Shown: piece after piece, positions 36,885 to 40,737 of the stretch
Layout: the number at the start of each line of letters is the position of its first letter
Numbering within the stretch: position 1 is the stretch's first letter
Assembly: GCA_016207565.1 (NCBI GenBank)
Contig: JACQPK010000125.1
Coordinates: forward strand, 1-40,737
Length of the DNA stretch: 40,737 nucleotides
Direction: 5' to 3'
Source: Elusimicrobiota bacterium
Lineage (GTDB): Bacteria; Elusimicrobiota; Elusimicrobia; UBA1565; JACRDR01
Position numbers and translations under genes: made by a program
Notes under the pieces: generated by a model
What the model was told of the DNA's origin: nothing
Databases searched by the model: none
Seen by the model: the letters and a program-made list of their open reading frames with translations, nothing else

Positions 36885-38867
36885 TCAGCGTGCGCAGTTG
36901 CCGTCTTGGCAGAACTCAGTCTGAGTCTGCGTCTCCTGCGGAACGGGCTCGGTGCAGCCTGGCCGCTCGGGCTGCTCCCGGCACCCGGGAGTGTCCTTCA
37001 CGCGGCCCTCGGTCGCCCCGACGTCGGGAGCCGATCCGAACGTCGGAGCGGCGTCGGTCGCCGTGGTCGATGATCGTCCTCCGGATGTTCCGCAGGCCTG
37101 GTCGCTGACATACAGTTGCGCCGCCAGTTCCCAGTTGTAGCCGCGCTGCCTGAGGCAGAGCTCGCGGACGGGCTCCGGAGCCGCCAGGAACGACTTGATG
37201 GCGGGGTTGTCGACCTCTCGGTCATGCGCCTTCACCCATTCCCGGGCGCACTCGTCTTCCGTCATGCCGGCGCACGAGCTTTCCTTCCAGCCTTTGTTCT
37301 GGTCCATGAACAGGCATTGACCGTCTTTCGCGGAGCGCGGCTTCCCTTTGCACCATTTTTCGTAGGGGTCGACCTCTTCCTTCGGAAGCTCTCCGCCGCC
37401 GACGGGGCAGGTCGCCCGTGCGCCGCCGACGGTGAGTCCGCCTTCCTCGCACTCCTTCTTGTTCGTGGTGCACTTATCCCGGCTGCCGCAGTAGACGGCG
37501 AAGGCGTCCGGCGCCTTGATGCGTTTGCAGGTCGACTCGTTGAGCTTGTAATCCTTCGGAAGCCTGCAGAAGCTGTCGACGATCTCCTGCGGGCTCTTGC
37601 AGATCGGCTGCTTGTCGTGACAGAGCTCGAGGCAGGTCTTGAGCGCGGTCGCCCCTTTCCACTCGAGACACGCCGAGAAGTACGGGTGATCCGGAAAGTA
37701 CGAGGGGAACCGGCACGGGAGGACGCCGAGCGTCTTGATGCGGTTCGGCGGGTTCTTGCAGGCCTGGTCGCAGGCGGAGAGTTTATTCTGCGCGAAGCAC
37801 GAGCCCCACAGCCCGTGGTTCTGGATCGTGTCCCAAATGGAGCGGAGGCCGTACTGGTCGATCCACTCCTTCAGCGCCTGGTCGAGGTCGCCGAGCTTGT
37901 CCGCGCCCACGTCCCGGGGGCTGCAGCCCGGTTGGTCCAGGCGCGTGCAGGTCGTGCCGTTGACGTCGCGCGGCGGGGTGCCGCCGAATCTCAGGCCGCC
38001 CTCGGCCTCTCGTCCGGAGGCGTTCGCGTCGGCTCCGGCGCTGCCGCTGGCGCGTGCGCCGGCGCCGCTGATGCGCGCGCCGTCCGCGCCGCTCTGGAGG
38101 CCGCCGCCCGCGCCGGTGGCGGAGAAGGCGGTCGCGCCCTTGTCTCCCGCATGGCCGCCGGCGGCCGGGTTCGCGCCGTGCGCGGCGAGGCCCGCCCGCC
38201 CCGCCGCGTACGACGGGTTCCCGCCGAAGCGCGTGCCGCCGGCGAGCATCGCCGCGCGACGGTCGCGCGCGGCCATGGACGCCTGTCCCGCCTTGAGCAT
38301 CGCCTTCTGCTCGAGGAGGAACTTCTTGAGCGTGGGGTGCTGGGCGAGCGCCAGCATCGCCTGCGTGCCGCCCGGCTGGAAGGCGAACTGCGAGGCCATC
38401 GCCTTGAACTCGGGCATCGTCCGCAGCACGGACATGAAGAGCTTTGCCGAGGGCCGGTCGCCGCGCGCGCGGGCCTTCCGGAACTCCTCGAGGGTCTCGC
38501 GGGTGCGCGGGTTCGCCATGAACTGCTGCTTGAACTGCTTCGCGACCGGAGCCACGTCCGGCTTCTGCGACTCCGCGCCGAGGATGTCGAGCATGTCGGA
38601 AAAGGTGAGCTCTTGAGGCGCGGCCGCGGGCAGGCGGTCGACGAGAGGGGACGGGTCCGAGGCTCCCGGCAGCGACGCGGGAGGGAGATGCGCCTGAGGC
38701 AAGGCGGAGAGCGCGGGCCCCGCCGCCGCGAGCTTCGTGTCGCCGGGCGAGCGGAGGAAGAAGGCGCCCGCTCCGGCGCCCGCGACGAGCACGACCGCGA
38801 CGACGGCGATCCAGACTTTGCGTTCCTGTCGGATCTGATCTTCGGACTTCGGATTGATCAATGGCAC
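36885..38867 (-). CDS. Membrane-anchored Cys-rich exported protein, paralog 3 (largest)
   Basis: GTG 38867 has GGAG 8 nt upstream. The TM anchor is VWIAVVAVVLVAGAGAGAFFL. The conserved module is LTFSDMLDILGAESQKP...AMLALAQHPTLKKFLLEQ. I count 26 Cys in the C-terminal half. Confidence 0.85.
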   Translation of the reverse strand: MPLINPKSEDQIRQERKVWIAVVAVVLVAGAGAGAFFLRSPGDTKLAAAGPALSALPQAHLPPASLPGASDPSPLVDRLPAAAPQELTFSDMLDILGAESQKPDVAPVAKQFKQQFMANPRTRETLEEFRKARARGDRPSAKLFMSVLRTMPEFKAMASQFAFQPGGTQAMLALAQHPTLKKFLLEQKAMLKAGQASMAARDRRAAMLAGGTRFGGNPSYAAGRAGLAAHGANPAAGGHAGDKGATAFSATGAGGGLQSGADGARISGAGARASGSAGADANASGREAEGGLRFGGTPPRDVNGTTCTRLDQPGCSPRDVGADKLGDLDQALKEWIDQYGLRSIWDTIQNHGLWGSCFAQNKLSACDQACKNPPNRIKTLGVLPCRFPSYFPDHPYFSACLEWKGATALKTCLELCHDKQPICKSPQEIVDSFCRLPKDYKLNESTCKRIKAPDAFAVYCGSRDKCTTNKKECEEGGLTVGGARATCPVGGGELPKEEVDPYEKWCKGKPRSAKDGQCLFMDQNKGWKESSCAGMTEDECAREWVKAHDREVDNPAIKSFLAAPEPVRELCLRQRGYNWELAAQLYVSDQACGTSGGRSSTTATDAAPTFGSAPDVGATEGRVKDTPGCREQPERPGCTEPVPQETQTQTEFCQDGNCAR

Positions 38868-38894
38868 GGGGGAACTCCTACAGGGCCGATACGA

Positions 38895-38923
38895 AGTATG
38901 AGCCCGGCGCGGGGGGGAGTCAA
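38895..38923 (-). promoter_or_regulatory. Family promoter TTGACT-17-CATACT (27-nt leader with SD)
   Basis: On the minus strand, TTGACT is at 38923..38918 and CATACT at 38900..38895. TCGTA follows, exactly as in paralog 2. Confidence 0.6.
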
Positions 38924-38928
38924 GACCT

Positions 38929-39516
38929 TCAGTTCGCGTACGCCTCGACGGGGACGATCAAGCCGTTCACGAGGTCGCCGTTGCGAGCCATCTCGGCGAG
39001 GGTCATCCAGGGTCCGGCCCCCAGGCCCCGATACGCCATGATCAGACCGGTGTTGCCGACGTAGTACGAGCCCGCGCGGTCGTGCCCCTGGATGAAGAAG
39101 TAGTGCCGCCAGGTCGAGAGGATCACGGGGAAGCCGCGCTCGAGCGAATCGACGATCCGCCCCTCGAGCTCCCGGAGGGACGGACCCTGCTCGAGCTGGA
39201 CGTCCCGCCCCATGTGCTCGAGGAGGACGAGCTCGGCCTGCGGTCCCGCCATCCCGTCTAGGCTCCAGAGGCGGCGCCCGCGGCCGACGTGCTTGAGATC
39301 GGCGATCGCGTCGAGGCCCGTGTCCTGGTAGAAGAAGCGCATGAGCGCCTCCGCGGCGATGAGCCCGCAGGCGACCCGCCGCTCCGGCTCGGAGAAGCCG
39401 CGGATCGGCTCGAGCTGCGCGCGGGAGAAGTCGATCAGTCCCTCGCCCGTCAACGGCGCGGCGGGTTCCGCGGCGCCGGGCGCGGCGAGCAGGATCGCCA
39501 GCAGCAGGGTCCCCAT
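38929..39516 (-). CDS. Secreted protein, possible papain-fold (C39-like) cysteine peptidase
   Basis: A signal peptide is present. The candidate Cys is in VACGLIAAEALM and the candidate His in WRHYFFIQGHD. This assignment is tentative. TAAGCT lies 6 nt upstream of the ATG. Confidence 0.5.
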   Translation of the reverse strand: MGTLLLAILLAAPGAAEPAAPLTGEGLIDFSRAQLEPIRGFSEPERRVACGLIAAEALMRFFYQDTGLDAIADLKHVGRGRRLWSLDGMAGPQAELVLLEHMGRDVQLEQGPSLRELEGRIVDSLERGFPVILSTWRHYFFIQGHDRAGSYYVGNTGLIMAYRGLGAGPWMTLAEMARNGDLVNGLIVPVEAYAN

Positions 39517-39624
39517 GCGGGTAGCTTAGGCCGGGGGAAGGCCGACGGGCGACGAAAGTCCGGGTCAGCCGGATAACGGCGAGGAAAACGGTGGAATCCG
39601 CGGCGCGGGCGGACGGCTTGAGGG

Positions 39625-40599
39625 CTACTTGAGGCGGTTGAGCATCAGCCGCCCGGTCGGTCCGTCCACCTGCACGGCGAAGTGCTCGAGGAAAGACATC
39701 CCGAGGAGCCCGTCGATCCCCGGCCCCGGCGCGGGCATGACGGCGACCGCCACGAGCCCCTCCTTCGAGCGGCCGACCTCGAGCGTGCCGACGCGGAAGA
39801 CCTTCACTTTGACCTGGCGGCCGTCCGCCACGGTCGTCAGGCCCGCCGACTCGGAGCCGGGCACCGGCGTGAGCTTGGCGGCCACCTCGGGCGTGATCGT
39901 CGTGAGGCTCGCGCCCGTGTCGACCATCAAGGTGGCCGGCACCCGTCCGTCGAGCACCGCCTGCACGATGAGGTGGGCGCCCGACCGGCGGGAGACGATC
40001 GCGTCCCGGTCGAAGTCCTTGTCCATCTCGGCGATCGCCTCGCGCAGCCGCTGATCGAACTCGCGCTCCTCGGCCTCGGCGGCGGCCGGCGCGGCCCCGG
40101 CGGCGGTCTCGAACTCCTTGAACTTCATGAAGTACGCCTGCATGTCCCGCTCGATCGAAGGCAGCGTGGCTTGGATCTCCTGCAGGCGCTTCCACGCCTC
40201 GATGCGAGGGTAGAAGTCGAGGCTCGGGAGCTCTTCCGTCAGGCGGGCCTCCTCCTCGGCGAGGCCCTCGCGGCGCTTCTTGGCGTCGGTCGCCTTCTCG
40301 CGGGCCCGTCCGACCTCCTGGTAACGTTCGAAGAGCTCGCGCCGGCTCGGGGGCACCCAGCGGCCGCTGTCGAAGAAGTTGCGGCGATGGTCCCGGAGGA
40401 TGCGCTCGCGCTCGGGCGCCTTCGACCGCACGATCTTGGCCACGCTGCGCCGCGGGAGCGACGTCGTCCCGAAGCCCATGTCCAAGACGACCTCGCGGGC
40501 GTTGGCCGACTGGACGATGCCTTCCATCTCGTTGCCGTTCTTGAGAACGACCGTGTCGGCCCAGCCGTGGACGGCCAGGAGCAATGCCGCTCGGAGCAT
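39625..40599 (-). CDS. Retropepsin-like (clan AA) aspartic protease with N-terminal coiled-coil region
   Basis: Motifs are LMVDTGASLTTI and LLGMSFL. A short signal-like N-terminus is present. Confidence 0.75.
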   Translation of the reverse strand: MLRAALLLAVHGWADTVVLKNGNEMEGIVQSANAREVVLDMGFGTTSLPRRSVAKIVRSKAPERERILRDHRRNFFDSGRWVPPSRRELFERYQEVGRAREKATDAKKRREGLAEEEARLTEELPSLDFYPRIEAWKRLQEIQATLPSIERDMQAYFMKFKEFETAAGAAPAAAEAEEREFDQRLREAIAEMDKDFDRDAIVSRRSGAHLIVQAVLDGRVPATLMVDTGASLTTITPEVAAKLTPVPGSESAGLTTVADGRQVKVKVFRVGTLEVGRSKEGLVAVAVMPAPGPGIDGLLGMSFLEHFAVQVDGPTGRLMLNRLK

Positions 40600-40605
40600 C
40601 CCCCA

Positions 40606-40634
40606 AGGTTAGCCGCATCCCGCCGTCTTTGCAA
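40606..40634 (-). promoter_or_regulatory. Sigma70-type promoter TTGCAA-17-TAACCT, leaderless
   Basis: TTGCAA is at 40634..40629 and TAACCT at 40611..40606. ATG 40599 lies 6 nt downstream. Confidence 0.5.
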
Positions 40635-40686
40635 GTACGCGGATGTTTCGTCCTCGACGGAGAAAACGCTAGAATAGGAGCCGACC

Positions 40687-40737
40687 ATGACGACCAAGAC
40701 CAAGCCCGCTCCCAAATCCAACGGCAAGGCCCCGGCC
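40687..40737 (+). CDS. 5' end of a gene running off the window (MTTKTKPAPKSNGKAPA...)
   Basis: The ATG is preceded by AGGAG (40676..40680) and TAGAAT (40670..40675). The fragment is too short to classify. Confidence 0.4.
   Translation, partial: MTTKTKPAPKSNGKAPA

Noticed and set aside
1-40737. A mobile element, prophage or genomic island explaining the unknown genes.
   Set aside because: There is no integrase, transposase, tRNA attachment site, phage structural gene or flanking direct repeats. Apart from short AT-rich intergenic patches, composition looks uniform across the window.

Overview
This is a densely coding, visibly very GC-rich bacterial chromosomal fragment (codon third positions are almost always G/C). 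All calls were made by eye from the sequence and the ORF track. I call 48 protein-coding genes, two of them partial at the window edges. I see no rRNA, tRNA, CRISPR array, transposase or integrase.

Recognisable genes:
- type III glutamine synthetase with a sigma54-like promoter
- glutathione peroxidase
- OmpA-like lipoprotein
- YgfZ-like folate-binding protein
- ROK kinase
- MltB-like lytic transglycosylase
- thermonuclease
- a GntR/ABC-ATPase/membrane-protein operon
- one hybrid PAS-GAF histidine kinase, one sensor-less kinase and two stand-alone receivers

Less ordinary content:
1. A translationally coupled DUF4178 x3 / small TM protein / DUF350 / membrane SpeE-like cluster (1..3341).
2. 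A five-gene overlapping operon: NUDIX, CpXC, DEDDh exonuclease, FCY1-type deaminase and a secreted protein (3986..6624).
3. Two uncharacterised paralogous families of exported proteins. One is three large membrane-anchored Cys-rich proteins that share a family-specific promoter. The other is three small 'NPW' secreted proteins. They are partly grouped in a block of exported unknowns at 9642..15184.
4. A 29-41 bp palindromic repeat present four times, each copy sitting on a gene end.
5. Pervasive leaderless-type starts: a TAnnnT box 6-10 nt upstream of ATG/GTG at about twenty genes. I used this to revise several start codons.

The many long Arg/Pro/Ala-rich ORFs in the track are alternate-frame artefacts of the GC content.
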